From: Zootoca vivipara
Lineage: Eukaryota
Assembly (NCBI RefSeq): GCF_963506605.1
Contig: NC_083292.1
Coordinates: 15,004,001 to 15,068,000 of the forward strand
Length of the DNA stretch: 64,000 bases
Direction: 5' to 3'
Shown: one piece after another, positions 46,700-59,858 of the stretch
Layout: every line of letters begins with the position of its first letter
Numbering within the stretch: the first letter of the stretch is position 1
Program-made: the position numbers and the translations under genes
The notes under the pieces: model-generated
Databases searched by the model: none
What the model was told of the DNA's origin: nothing
What the model saw: only the letters and a program-made list of their open reading frames with translations

Positions 46700-48006
46700 T
46701 ATTATTTATACCCCGCCCATCTGGCCAGGTTCCCCCAGCCACTCTGGGCGGCTTCCAACAAAACATTAAAATACAGAAATCCATCAAACATTAAAAGCTT
46801 CCCTAAACAGGGCTGCCTTAAGATGCCTTCTAAAGGTCTGGTAATTAAGAGCAGAGAGCATGCACCTGTTGTGAGATCATCCAAGCTCCTTCCCTGGAAC
46901 AGGTATCCCACTCCCAACAAAACTGGACCAAAAAAGAAATAAATGTCCTCATCCTTATGTCAACTCTCAAAGGGATGCTATGTCCCTTGGTGTCGACTCC
47001 TTCAAGGCAAACCTCCCCTTCTGATAAGCCTTTCCCAGAAGTTTCATCTTTGGTGGATGTTGGTACAGTTAGCCCAACTGTGTCCTTGCAGGCTGTGGCT
47101 TGTTTCTTGGGCCAGCAGCAATCGGGGGATGGAATAACAACAATTTATTATTTATATGCCACCCATCTTACTGAGTTGCCCCGTCTGCTCTGGGCAGCTT
47201 CCAAAAAATTATAAAACTGCAGTAGAACATCAAACAGGACTGCCTTCAGGTGTCTTCTAAAAGTCAGGTAGTTCTTTACTTCTTTGACATCTGATGGGAG
47301 GGCGTTCCACAGGGTGGGTACCATAACTGAGAAGGTCCTCTGTCTGGTTCCCTGTAGCCTCACTTCCCACAGTGAGGGAACCACCAGAAGGCCCTCGGAG
47401 CTGGACCTCAGTGTCCGGGCTGAGCAATGGGGATGGAGACGCTCCTTCAGGAGCAACGATGCAACAGGAGTCTCTCTCCACTTGGCCAAACCACCTACCA
47501 CACTTTCTGCCTGCCTGTCAGATACCTGCAAATGGTGGGCATAGAAATTTCCGCAGATCGGAATGTGCACAATATCTTTTGGTGTGCTAGAGATGTACGA
47601 AACACCTGGGAAACCAGCCAGCGTTTCGCTGCCACTTTGCCAAGTTAATATTTCAGGATCAGAAGTGAGCAGGCTCTCGGGTCAAAGAGTCTCTCCTGGG
47701 CTTTTGACTCTCCTGGGTCTGCGCCCTCCTTGTCGACTACCACCGCGGGCTCTGCCAGTCGCACGTGCTTTGCTTCTTGTACTTTTCTGGGAAAAGAAAG
47801 CAAAAGTCCCTTCCTGCTGGAGTCAATACCCCGCCCCTCAGCGAGAACATCTGGCTGGCTGGCAGGCTCCCGCATTCTGCAACTCCCTCGCTCTCTGCCC
47901 TGCTGCAGTTCCTGTTCTTCCTGGGAGGGTGTTCTGCCAAGAGCAGACTACGCGGAGGACAATCTCTGCTCTCCGCTGCTCTGCCTCTCCGTGCCCAGGG
48001 ACCACC

Positions 48007-49576
48007 ATGGTGCTGGAGCTATACCTGGACCTCCTCTCCCAGCCCTGCCGAGCTGTCTACCTCTTTGCCAAGAAGAACAACATCCCCTTTGAATTCAGAG
48101 CTGTGGAGCTGTTCAAAGGTGAGCTAAATGAACCTGTGTTCCGGCGCCTCTGTGCTGGCAGTGAAGGAGGGGTGGGGGCGCTGAGGTCAGGGTGGGTTAA
48201 TTTATCTCCCCAAGAAAAAAAAGTGGAGAGATTTTTGCATGGGGGAGAGGGAAGACCCCTGTCTCTTAATGACTTGGTGAAATCACGATGCTCAAGGTGT
48301 TCCAAAGGTGGGCTGCTTCCTCATTTCGCTGCCTGCTTTCAAAAGACCTGGTTTTAAATGCACCTCTTTTTGCCCCCCTCCCCCATTCTCCCTAGCAGGA
48401 GACATTCACTGAGTTTAAAGCATGGCAAAGAATTCCCTCTTTCTCACCATGCTTTAGACTCAGTGTTTGGAAAGAAGATAAAGTCCCTACCAGAGAAGAA
48501 TGGCAGATTAGGTTTGATGGATTATGCCGAAATGGCAAAAATGACCGGAAGAATCGGAAATCAGGAAGACCAAAATTTTAATAAGGAATGGAGGAAATTT
48601 ATTATTTATCTTAAAAAAAAAACATTGTAAACAGCTAAAATTGTTAGTAGGGTTGGAATCACACTTGTAGTTTAATGCTGAATTCTGGACATAATGGAGA
48701 TGTAAAAGATTTGGATTACTATAAAAGATGTAGGAGGAAATGACTAATAGGACCCACAAAGGGGAGGAGGAAAGCCCAGGAGATTCTTTGGAATCTTGTT
48801 TTTATGTTGTATGTTGCATATGTGATTGTAAAACTTTAATCTAGAAAAATGAATAAATAAATAAATATTTTTTTTAAAGAATTCCCTCTTTCTCCTCCAA
48901 ATGTTCACGTGCCAAGTTCTGACATGTGTTAGTGATCCCGAGATCAGGAGGAAGAAGAGTTGTAACAATCTGGGATTAATTTTCCCAGGAAAAAATAACT
49001 CGGGGGGGGGGGGGACTTGCCTCAACCCTCCTCTGTGCAATGGGCCTGGTTATAGAAGGATCACTTGGTAGGGGTTGGTCCTGCTGGGACAGCCCACTTT
49101 GGTGTAAGGAACTTGGTGGGGGGGGGGCCACCGGCCTTCTCTGGTGGGCTCTGTGGAATCCCGGTCCGTTTCAGCAGCTGCTGTTGTGATCTGGGAGTCG
49201 TCACGGCTAGCTGAATATTGACAGGTGGCTCTCTGCTTTGACATGAGTGAAGAGAAACACTGACAGAACAGCTGCTTGAGCTTGGGGAGGGGGGGGGTCT
49301 TTGACTGGGCAAGAGGGCAGTTCTCCCATCTGAGATGGATGCCTGCCTTGCTTTGTGCTCCCCTCCCTTCGCTGATGCTTTTGCCTCTCTGCTGCCAGAT
49401 TCCATCCTGGGGACGAAAGTGCAGGGCGCAAGCAGCCCAGAGGGAGCCACGCCGTCAGGTAAGAGCTGAAAGGCTGGGTGATGCTTTTGGATAATACAGA
49501 AAAATCAGGGTGGTCCACAGGCCAGCTGCCCAGGTTGGCATGGTTCGGAGGGTTGGAAGGAGCAAGAGCCTGGGAG

Positions 49577-49626
<50 letters not shown>

Positions 49627-52600
49627 TCTGGTTCTGGGGCTCCCCCACTGTTTGCATGGAGATGCCCCCAGCCCCCAGTTCTGTGGGTCCAGTGGTCGGA
49701 AGGCCGGACTTGAACCTGGGCTCAATGCCCCGTTCAGAAGTGGTTTCACTGGGGGCCTTCAAGTTCTTGCAGCCTCTTTCAAAAGATGTTTGTATTTACC
49801 ACCAGCTGACAGATCGGGTGGCCGCCCTAAGTATTCTCACCTCCCCCTTCGCTATTTTCGTTTCTGGAATACGGCGCTTGTTTGTTCCTGCTGCTTGTGA
49901 ATATGTTTGCCTGCTAGGTTCCGGCTCAGGTTGAAACTTCTCCCCGGAACAGGCTTCCAGAGGAGTTCTTGGGCCGTTGATTTGTACAGGTGGTCACACT
50001 GAGAGGATGGCTGCTTTCCAGGGCTTCCCTCAACACCTGATGAGTCAAACCCCAAGCTGCTTTGCTCCAGGAAGCGTTGCGGAGGGAGCTGTTGGTTCTC
50101 TTGCCTGTTCTGCCACCCCTCTGTCTCTCCCACAAAGAGTCCCCCGGGCTCATGGTCTGTCGCAAGTGTGACAAAATAGCACAGTAAGCGTCATCTGGCT
50201 GTTCAGAGCCATCAGGAGATGGGCCAGACCAATGAATGTGTGTCAAGGTGGTTGAAAGGCAGGCTTGGGAGTGTTGTAAATACAGGGCCGATGAACAATG
50301 CTGGCGAGTTTTTCATGAGGACTGCTTGTTATTTTAACCTTAGAAGCAGCGATAAAAGAAATTATTGTCACAGGACAATGACTGCTCTGTGTCGTCAATC
50401 CTGGCCCTGAACCGTTTCGGCCGAACGTGCAAGGACAGATTGACACCACACTTGCAACCCCCATGTTTGGGGGGCAAGAATCTGGCTGCTACCAGCTGAA
50501 GGTGGCATGTGGGTAGATCTTTGGCTGCACCTCACCTGTTGCCTCACCTGAGTGGCACTTTTCCTCACCCAGCAGCTCCTGAGCTGGAACCCCCGCCCTT
50601 CTCAAGAACGTCCGTTTCAAAAGGAGGCTCCAAGCACACTTTTCCTGCTCCAGGGGTCAGTTTGTGCCACCAGCATTCAGCCAGAACTCACGGGGTGCCT
50701 TGTTGCTGAAAGGCAGGACAGAGATGCTAAAAAATATGGTTTAAGGGAAGTCCCCCCAGTTTTAGTAAACGGGACTCCCTTGCTGTTGTAGAGTGAAGTT
50801 CTCTCTGCAATGTAAATATTGTAAAGATTTCGAGGGCAGTTGATGCTGCGGTGTTGCCACTAAGCTCCTGCTGAAATACAGCGACCCTTTCCAAACAAAT
50901 TCATGGAGGTTCGTTCCCTTGGGAAGAGATCTTTGGTGCCAGATCAGGACTGGGTGCCCTCTGCCCTGCCCCCTTCTTCATGCATGGCTAGAGATAAACA
51001 CACCTTGTACTTTGAGCTTGGGGCTCTTTCAAAACTCCACTTCGGAACATAGTTTGAACTTCTCTCATGCAGCTTTGAAAGCCAGGCCAGAGACTGGGGG
51101 TGGGGGGCAAGTATTTCCAGTTTTTTTCAGACAAGGTGTGGTTATTATTGGCGGGCAAGATTAGCCTGGCGTGGAGAGCTTCCTTGGGTCTCTCTGTGGC
51201 TATGAACCAGGACAACCAAATTGAGCAAACATCCCACCTCCTCTTCCTTCTCCCCAGTCTCCAGACGTTGGAGGCTCCCGGCTGCCCGCTCTGAGTAGAA
51301 AAAATAAGGCAATGGACCCACAGCTGACCCCTTATTTCTTGGGATATTCTGCATGGGTCAGAATGTAAATTGGCCACTGATTTGCTCTGCAGAACCCGGA
51401 GTTGTTGTTTATGTTTGGTACACAGACATATGCTCACCAATTCTCCAGCTGTCACTCGGAAAAGATTGTCCAGGAAGGAGGGGATGGCAAGCTCCAATTC
51501 TGGACTCCTGGGGATGTGCTGGGCATCTCCTATCAAACTTCCTGCCAGGTCTAACTGTGTGCTGTTTCGCTTCCCTCCAACCCACCTGGTTTTAGGGCCG
51601 CTGCCCAAGGCGACTGCGGTGAAGAAAGTTCCTATCTTGAGGGATGAGACCTTCGTTTTGTCTGAAGGGTAAGAAGGCAGGCAGGCAGGCAGGCATGGCT
51701 TCCTTCCCTCCCAATTTCTATCTTAAAAATATATATATTTGATTTTATGTATTTGAGTTTAAAATCATACCACAACACATTCAAAGTTACAAGATTCCTA
51801 CAAACCTCTGGAACTTCCCACCATGAGTTCTGTTGTTAAACCTTTTCTGCTGCATCTTTATTTTAATAATCCAAATGTTCATAACTCCATTGTGTCCATA
51901 GTTCTCATTACATTCGAAGTGTTATTGCAATCCTGCTAACGTTTTCAACTGCTTACAGTGGCCTTCAAGGCAAATTATAATTTTTTCCCAATCTTTATTA
52001 AAATTTTGGTCTTCCTGGTTCCTGAGTCTTTCAGTCAGTTTTGCCGTTTCGGCATAGTAGTCCATTGATTTGCCATTCTTCTCTGGTAGGGACTTTATCT
52101 TCTTGCCATCTCTGGGCTAGCAACATCCGTGCAGCTGTTGTCGCATACATAAAGAGTCTTTTCTGCTCCTTTGGAATTTCAGCACCTACAATTCCTAATA
52201 AGAAAGCCTCTGGGGGTTTTTTGGGGGGGGTTGTAAAAGTTATTTTAAGCGTTTCCCCTCAATTCATTATACAGTATATCATTTCCCAGAATGCTTTTAT
52301 TACCTTCCTCCCAAGTTCTATCTCATCTGTTGGATGCTGTTGAGCACAGCTCAGAGGCTCAAAGGAGTCGGGGGTTTGGGGCCAAGAGACAGAAAAACAT
52401 TGGTGTTAGGAAACGCCTTTGAGCTCTGTCTCAATTGACACCAGGTGGAAAGCGATCCAGTCCTGAGCTCGATGTAAATTGTGTGTGTGTGGGGGGGTGT
52501 ATCCATACCTGCCAAGTTGCTGTCAGAGAAATAAGGCATAGCTGCCAAGTCCGGGTCGTAAAGATCCGGGATCGGCAGCGCGCGCATGACCGGAAGTTGC

Positions 52601-55600
52601 GTGACGCAACTTCCGGTGGCGCTTCGCCCTTTTATGGGCATCAGAAAATGGTGGTGCCAGCGCCGGAAGTCGCTTCCGCGCATGACCAGAAACACGTAAA
52701 AGCGACTTCCGGCGTCGCCATTTTCTGATGCCCGTAGAAGGGCGAAGCGCCACCGGAAGTCGCGTCACACAACTTCCGGTCATGCGCGGAAGTGACTTCC
52801 GGCGCTGGCGGCGCCATTTTCTGGTGCCCATAGAAGGGCAAAGCGGCACCAGAAAAATGGCCGCCGGGAAGAAGCGAATTTAAGGGAGAATGCCGGGATT
52901 TATTGCCAAACGGGATACCGCCGGGAAACAGTAAGAAAAAAGGGGTTTTCCCGGCGGATACGGGATACTTGGCAGCTATGAAATAAGGGACCGGGCCGGA
53001 AATAGCAGACCGGAAGTAGCGCTGCCGCCATTTTGGAACTGGGCGGAGCATGCTCAGAAGTCGCTTCTGAGCATGCTCCGCCCAGTTCCAAAATGGCCGC
53101 CACGCCAGAATAAACGGGGGGAAACAAAAAAACCCCATTTTTTCAGCTAGGAACAGCTGGAAAAACGGGGATTTCCCAGGGAAAACGGGAGACTTGGCAG
53201 CTATGGGTGTATCACAGTGGAGGAGCAGCACCCAGGAAGGCCTCTCTCTTTAGCTTCACAGCACGTGAATCAATAAGGTGTTTGGCAAGGGGTTGGGTGC
53301 TGCCATGGGGCAGAGACAGATCCTTGTGTATCTGGGGCTCCGGCTCAGCTTTGGTCTGCCTTCAGCCTGCCAGCCCTGAGACGGGCTTCCCTGCTCTGTT
53401 TGCTTCCACTGTGCCACTGACGCCTGTCACCCTCTCCTCTCTGGGCACAGCACAGCCATCCTCCTGTACCTGAGCCGCAAGTACAACACCCCGGACCACT
53501 GGTACCCGTCAGATGTCCAGAAGCGAGCCAAGGTAGATGAATACCTGTCCTGGCACCAGGCCAATATCCGGGCCAACGCTCCCAAGGCCATGTGGATCAA
53601 GGTGAGGGAACAGAGAGGTGGGTGGGCTTTGGCTAGCCTGTCCAGCTTTTGGGGGTTTCCTGCTTGGCTCAGTGTCACAGGTGAGGTTCTGGAAGGCCTG
53701 TCTCAGAACCTCTGCCCAAATTCCTCTGGCGTAATGCCCTTAACAGTAATAGCCTGCCTGGGGCTGCCTTCTCTTCAGGCAGCGAGGAATGGAAATTGCC
53801 CATTCATGCTACTGCCTCCTGTCCAACTCACAGTATTGCCATACTTTAAAATATCCAATGACTTTCCTTCTTCTCTTTCCATGGTTCATTTTGCGTATCT
53901 TAAAGGTAAAGGGACCCCTGACCATTAGGTCCAGTCATGACCGACTCTGGGGTCGCGATGCTCATCTCGCGTTATTGGCCGAGGGAGCCGGCGTACAGCT
54001 TCCAGGTCATGTGGCCTGCATGACAAAGCTGCTTCTGGTGAACCAGAGCAGCACACGGAAATGCCGTTTACCTTCCCGCTGTAGCGGTATCTATTTTTCT
54101 ACTTGCACTTTGATGTGCTTTCGAACTGCTAGATTGGCAGAAGGTGGGACCGAGCAATGGGAGCTCACCCCATCGTGGGGATTCGAACCGCTGACCTTCT
54201 GATCGGCAAGCCCCAGGCTAATTGGTTTAACCCACAGCGCTACCCGTCCCTGCATATTTTACAATAACTATCCTGATTGGTTTTCCACTATCACATCCAT
54301 CAAAAATGACTTACCTTGAATTTTTCTTAGTGCTGCAAGCGTTTTCAGCTGTACACAGTTATTTTCCATATACTCAATAAACGTTTTCCAATCTTCTCTA
54401 AACCTATGTTCTTCTTGCTCTCTTATTCTATATGTTAAATCTGCAAGTTGTGCATATTCTGTCAACTTAAGTTGTGAATCTTCTTTAGTTGGGACCTCAC
54501 TCACTTTCCATTTTGGGGCTAACAAAACACGGGCTGCAGTTGTTGCATACATAAATAACCTTTTCCGACACCTGGCAATTTCAGTCTGAGTTATCCCCAG
54601 CAGAAAGGACTCTGGGGGTTTTGGGAAAGTATTTTTTTCCAAATAAAAAAATTCCTTCAGTAGCACCTTAAAGACCAACTAAGTTTTTATTTTGGTATGA
54701 GCTTTCGTGTGCATGCACACTTCTTCAGATACCGCTGTATCTGAAGAAGTATGCATGCACACGAAAGCTCATACCAAAATAAAAACTTAGTTGGTCTTTA
54801 AGGTGCTACTAAAGGAATTTTTTTATTTTGCTTCAACTCAGACCAACACGGCTACCTACCTGTAATTTTTTCCAGTTCATTATGAATCATTTCCCAAAGC
54901 TCTTTTACCTTTTTACATGTCCACCACATGTGAAAGAATGTTCCCTCCACCTCTTGACACGTATCTCATTCTGTCTTGTAGATCTTCGCAAGTCTACTCG
55001 GAGTTAAACACCATCTATGAATCATTTTCAGATAGTTCTCTTTCAAAGAATAACATGTTGTAAATTTCAAGTCGCTTTTCCAAAGTTTCTCCCAAAGGTT
55101 GGAATCTATGTTGTGTCCTATATCGATTGCCCAGTGCATCATTGAGTTCAAACCATCCAAGGCCATTGTTGTCCCCCTATGACCAGCCTCCCCTGACTGG
55201 CACTCTAGCCACTCTGAGAAGGATAAACTACAGTTCCCAGGCTTTAATGTGATCTCTCTCTCTTTTTCTCTTTCTCTCTGCAGGTGCTAATCCCACTCTT
55301 CACAGGCCAGCCGCTTCCCCCGGAGAAGCTGCAGGAGGTGATGGAGGGGCTGGGCGCCTGCTTGACTCAACTGGAGGAGCTTTTCCTGCAGGACAAGCCC
55401 TTCCTGGTGGGCAGCGAGGTCTCGCTGGCAGACCTAGTGGCCATTGTGGAGCTCATGCAGGTGAGGATTGAGCCTGGGGATCACGAGGTTCCTTTCTGAA
55501 CCAGTTTGGGGAGAGCAGGGGAGCTGCTTGCCTTCCCTCAAAACCTGACTGAGGGCACATTGTGGGATGAGCAAATGGCCCAAGGGTGATCAGCGGCTGT

Positions 55601-56948
55601 TTTGAGCGGCCTAAGTGGGTGATCCAGCTGCCAAGCCAGACCACAAGGAGCCCCAACAGAGAACAGGGTGCAGGGCAATCTCCCCCGCTGTCAAGGCTTC
55701 AGGGAATCCTGTCCCTCTCACGGTGGGATGCAAAGAAGCAGAAAAAACAAGAAGAGTTCTAACCACGTAGTTTATTCAATATTCACAGAGAGAGGCGAAG
55801 GAATGCTGTCTCTCTTAGATACAGTGGTACCTTGGTTCTCAAACTTAATCCGTTCTGGAAGTCCATTCCAAAACCAAAGCGTTCCAAAACCAAGGCGTGC
55901 TTTCCCATAGAAAGTAATGCAAAGTGGATTGATCCATTCCAGACTTTTAAAAACAACCCCCAAAACAGCAATTTAACGTGAATTTTACTATCTAACGAGA
56001 CCACTGATCCATAAAATGAAAGCAATAAACAATGTACTGCAGTCACACAATCAAATAGTCAGTAGCTAAATTGGGTTCCACACAGTCACAACAACTAAAC
56101 AAAAAGAGCCGCAAAAACGAAAACACAAAATAATTAGCAAAAACAGACCTCAGTGTAACACTCAAAACAGAAGTGTGGTACTCAAAACGGAAGCGTAACA
56201 CTCAAAACAGAACATGTTCAGCTTCTGATTTTTTTTTTTGCGAACCAGAACACTTACTTCCGGGTTTGCAATGTTTGGATTCCAAGTTTTTTGAGTACCA
56301 AGGCGTTTGAGAACCAAGATACTACTGTAATGGCGTTGCTCCAATTCCCACCCCCTCAGTCTCTGTTATTCTGCGTCACCTCTGCACCGGCTGATCTGTG
56401 CTTTCTTCCTCTGAGTTTTCTATTCTATAACTCTCAAGGCATGCCTTGTTCTGGGAGAGGTGGGTGGTCAGGAATGCTTTCAATAGTCACTGAACCTGTC
56501 AACTGTCTCTCCCCTGGTGCTTCTTCTTCCTGCTGCTCTCCCAATATTTCCCAGCTCCTGCCCTCTGCAGCCTTCTGCAAAACTATGACCTTCTGCAAAC
56601 CACTTGTTCTAAATCTATACTGTCTTCCTGCTCTTGGGAAGGTGCAGGAAGAGAGGGGCGGGTGGTTCCCACCATTCCACCTCAATCCAGCCCCTGACAC
56701 CCACAGACCCCAATGACTTACTCCCCACCCCCATCCACTTTCCGCAGCCGGTTGGTGTTGGGTGCAACATATTTGAGGGGAGGCCGAGGCTGGCCAAGTG
56801 GCGCGACCGAGTGGAAGAAGCTGTTGGGAAGGAGCTCTTCTTGCAAGCGCATCAGCTGATCCTGAACATCAAACAGCTGAGCACTATCCAGATCGACCCC
56901 CGGCTGAAGGAGCAGCTGGCCCCGGTGCTGCTGAAGATCCTCAAGTGA
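48007..56948 (+). CDS. GSTT1: Glutathione S-transferase theta paralogue B (chicken GSTT1/CL1-like), 257 aa; exons 48007-48118, 49399-49458, 51596-51668, 53451-53601, 55284-55460, 56748-56948
   Basis: Kozak ACCACCATGG; [20 protein letters not shown]...[68 protein letters not shown]...[27 protein letters not shown]...[10 protein letters not shown]. The symbol follows remembered chicken nomenclature; one-to-one orthology to mammalian GSTT1 is not established. Confidence 0.9.
49579..49624. repeat. (CA)n microsatellite
   Basis: About 23 CA units. Confidence 0.95.
52504..53205. mobile_element. Nested CpG-rich hAT-type MITEs (outer 52504-53205, inner 52537-52980)
   Basis: CATA(G/C)CTGCCAAGT TIRs; TSDs GGTGTATC (outer) and AAATAAGG (inner). 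Confidence 0.88.
53901..54250 (-). mobile_element. Sauria SINE
   Basis: Full-length reverse copy. Confidence 0.87.
54268..55150 (-). mobile_element. L1/Tx1-like LINE ORF2 3' fragment (related fragments ~48465-48870 +, 51720-52310 -, 34860-35180 +, 61330-61850 +)
   Basis: [23 protein letters not shown]; FHMWWTC; PESFLLGI...[15 protein letters not shown]. Confidence 0.75.
54640..54865. mobile_element. Inverted pair of Penelope pLTRs (hairpin)
   Basis: ~90-bp arms separated by CGCT at 54733-54736. Confidence 0.85.
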
Positions 56949-58033
56949 ATAAAGGCCACCCAGCCGGCCGCCGTCTCTGCCTCTCCTTTCTAAGTTGAGG
57001 GACGCTGGCCCAGGGCCCTGGTGTGCCCCAGGGGTAGCAGCTGCCCTCTCTTAAGCATTCACTCTTCAGCCACTCCTGGAGCAAGTCTGCATGACCCATG
57101 GAGCCAATGGGCAGGCCCTGTGCAGACCGTTTGCTTTGCTTGGTGCCCAGCACCCAGCACCCAGCACCGACTGAGCATGAGGCAGCCCAAGGCGAGGCAG
57201 TCAACTGAGCTCTCTGGGGGAGCAATGCCAAGTATTGCCCAGAGCACCAACGTCCTCTGCGCATCGAGGCCTTTTCTCTGACGTTAGAAGACCTCTGGGG
57301 ATGCTGATGCGAGTGGAGTCAGAGCACAGGATCCCCAACCTGTGAAACTGCCTGTGCCAGCCTGGGACTGGGACTGCCTGCTCTGACTGGCAGTGGCCCT
57401 CCAAGGCAGGGTGGGCTCTTCCCCAGTCAGGTGCTTAGCCCCACGGGCCCTCTCCATCACCAATGGCAGCAAAAGGAAATAAATGTGTTTATTCAAAGAC
57501 AGTTTGAAAGGCCATATTGCAGGGTGGGAGGGCCAGGAGGGGCGGCTGGAAACTGGGGCTGAAGAACCTAGTATTAAGACTCTGGGGCCGGATCTGTCAA
57601 CACACACCTCGACAGTCAGGCTCTGCCCCATTCCCCGGGGAATGGGAGGGCTTTGGGGGGTCAGTTTTCTAGCCTGTAGCTGAGCACCCCTCATTCCCTC
57701 CAGGCTCATGGGATATGGGGTAAAGCCACCATGGCAGGGAATGTGTAGCAGGGTCCCTTTTTTTGAAGGGGAGGGGAGCAGACTCAGAGGGTCCTGACTC
57801 TGGAGGCCACAATTCAGGGGGTCTTGTGGACCCGGGCAGTATCCAGGCAGTATCCGGGCAGTATGGTACAAGTGATCTTGCCAGTGCCAGGGCTTTCTTA
57901 CTCTGGTTGGGCATCCAAGGGGGTGGGGGAGGTCACAGAGGAGACGGCTATTGATGGCTACTAGGCCTGATGGCTACGCTTAGCATCCATGCTTGGAGGC
58001 AGCAAGGTTGCAGGTTCTATTCCTCTTCTATGG

Positions 58034-58297
58034 CAGGTACGTCCAACAGGTAGATCGTGATCTATCGGTAGATCATTGGACGTCTCTGAAAGATCACTGG
58101 TAGGTCACTGGCTCCCCCCCCCCCAGCAGCTGAACAACATTGGATTTTTCCCTGCACCCCAAAGAAACAGGGCTTTCCTCCTCCCCCCAAAAAGCTCAAC
58201 AACTTTGACCTGAACCCCCCAAAAGGGGGGGGGTAGATCACTGCCAGTTTTTAACTCTGTGAGTAGATCGCAGTCTCTTGGGAGTTGGCCAACCCTG
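58034..58297. mobile_element. hAT-like MITE with repeated GTAGATC motifs
   Basis: CAGG...CCCTG termini; degenerate TSD TTCTATGG/CTGTATGG. Confidence 0.6.
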
Positions 58298-59858
58298 CTG
58301 TATGGGATCAAATCCTGCTTGGGGGTTTCACATTGAGGCCAGGATTGGCCACTGGCCTGACTCATGGAGGCTCTTCTTTCGCCCCCCCCCCCCCCCGGTT
58401 CGGTCCAGCCACCTATGGCAGTCAAAGCAAATGGGCTCTGGAGACACCAGCCCACCCTGGCTCACTTTGGAGACACAGAAGTCAACAAATCTTCTATGGC
58501 AAGTCTTCCCATGTGAGAGAATCATCGGACATCATGTGAAGGAGCCAATGGGTTCTGTGAGGGAGGTGGTGCTGTGGACGTGACAAAAATGGCCACCGGC
58601 CGCTTTTCTCACCTCAGGGTGTTGGCGGCGGCCACCTTGATACCAGAGAAACAAGGGAAGAGGAATGGGTGAAGGGGTGTCTTTGCAGTCGCATAAGTCT
58701 AAAAGGCCGGAAAGCCAGGGAAAGATGTTACCCGCTCCTCCTGGTAGATTCTGCAAATAAAGCAGGTTTTTTAATCAAGAAGGAATGGAAGGAGCAGACA
58801 AGGAGAAATGGTCCCTGGGAGCTCACAGGCCATGTTTCCGAGGCTATTTCTTATTTTCTGTATGATTCTGATAGAGGAGATTCCTGCTTTTGGAAATAAC
58901 AAACAAACAAACAAACAATAATTTTATTGTTTATATGCCAGTGATCAGGGTTGCCCCAGCGACTCTGGGCAGCTTCCAACAAATTAAACATAGTAAAACA
59001 CCAAACATTAAGGGCTGCCCTTCTAAAATTCAGATAGTTAATTCCTTGACATCTGACAGGAGTGCGTTCCACAGGGCAGGCATGATTACCAAGAAGGAGC
59101 AAGTCACAAAGTCTGGGCACTGCCTGCACCCCACCTCTTGCCTCCCTTTTCCTACCCAGGTGACCTTCACCGAACCTTTTCATACCTGGCCATGGATGTA
59201 GCCAAGGGGGGGCAGGGAGGGGCAGCTGCCCCCCCATCAATAAAAATCAATAAAAATACATAGCAAACTGAGGTTATGCCCCCTCTCACAAAAGACCTGC
59301 CTCTCCCCAACAAAAGGCCTGCCTCCTCCCAACAAAAATCCTGGCTACACCCCTGCCTGGGACTCGCCTTTAACCTAAACATGTGTTTGGGGACTCAATT
59401 CTTTATTTTTTACTGCAACATAAAGGCCATTACTTCACAACTCAAAGGCACCGTGGCATTTCTTCATTTTTCAACACCAGTTTGTGCCGCTGCTGTGACC
59501 CACCTTCCTTTAGGGTCCCAGTCTGCTGGCTGAAGGCCAGTCCTTTAAGGGCAGGACCAGAGTCCTGGCACCTGGCAAGTTTCCTTCACCAGTGCCTACC
59601 CCCACCCCACCCCCCTGGGGCAGAAAAGATGGATCCAGCACCAATAGCAGGCTGGAGCCAGGCCAAAGAGTGGCCCACCTGAGCCCAGGTAGAACACCTG
59701 GGCCTCTCGTGATTGGCTGGCTATACCTTCCCTAGAACAGGTTGTTTACTCTGCAGGCCAATTGGAGGCTTAGGAAGATGTTTCTGTTGGGGGTGGGGCT
59801 TGAGGGTCCCTCAAAGGCAGCTGGAATCTCCCATCAAGTCACCTGACATAACTTCACC

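Noticed and set aside
47563-48006. In-frame 148-codon upstream extension of GSTT-B
   Set aside because: No recognisable features; the ATG at 48007 has an optimal Kozak context and matches the family start.
56946-56953. AATAAA overlapping the GSTT-B stop codon
   Set aside because: No clear GU-rich downstream element; AATAAA at 57478-57483 is an equally plausible site. This cannot be decided without 3'-end data.
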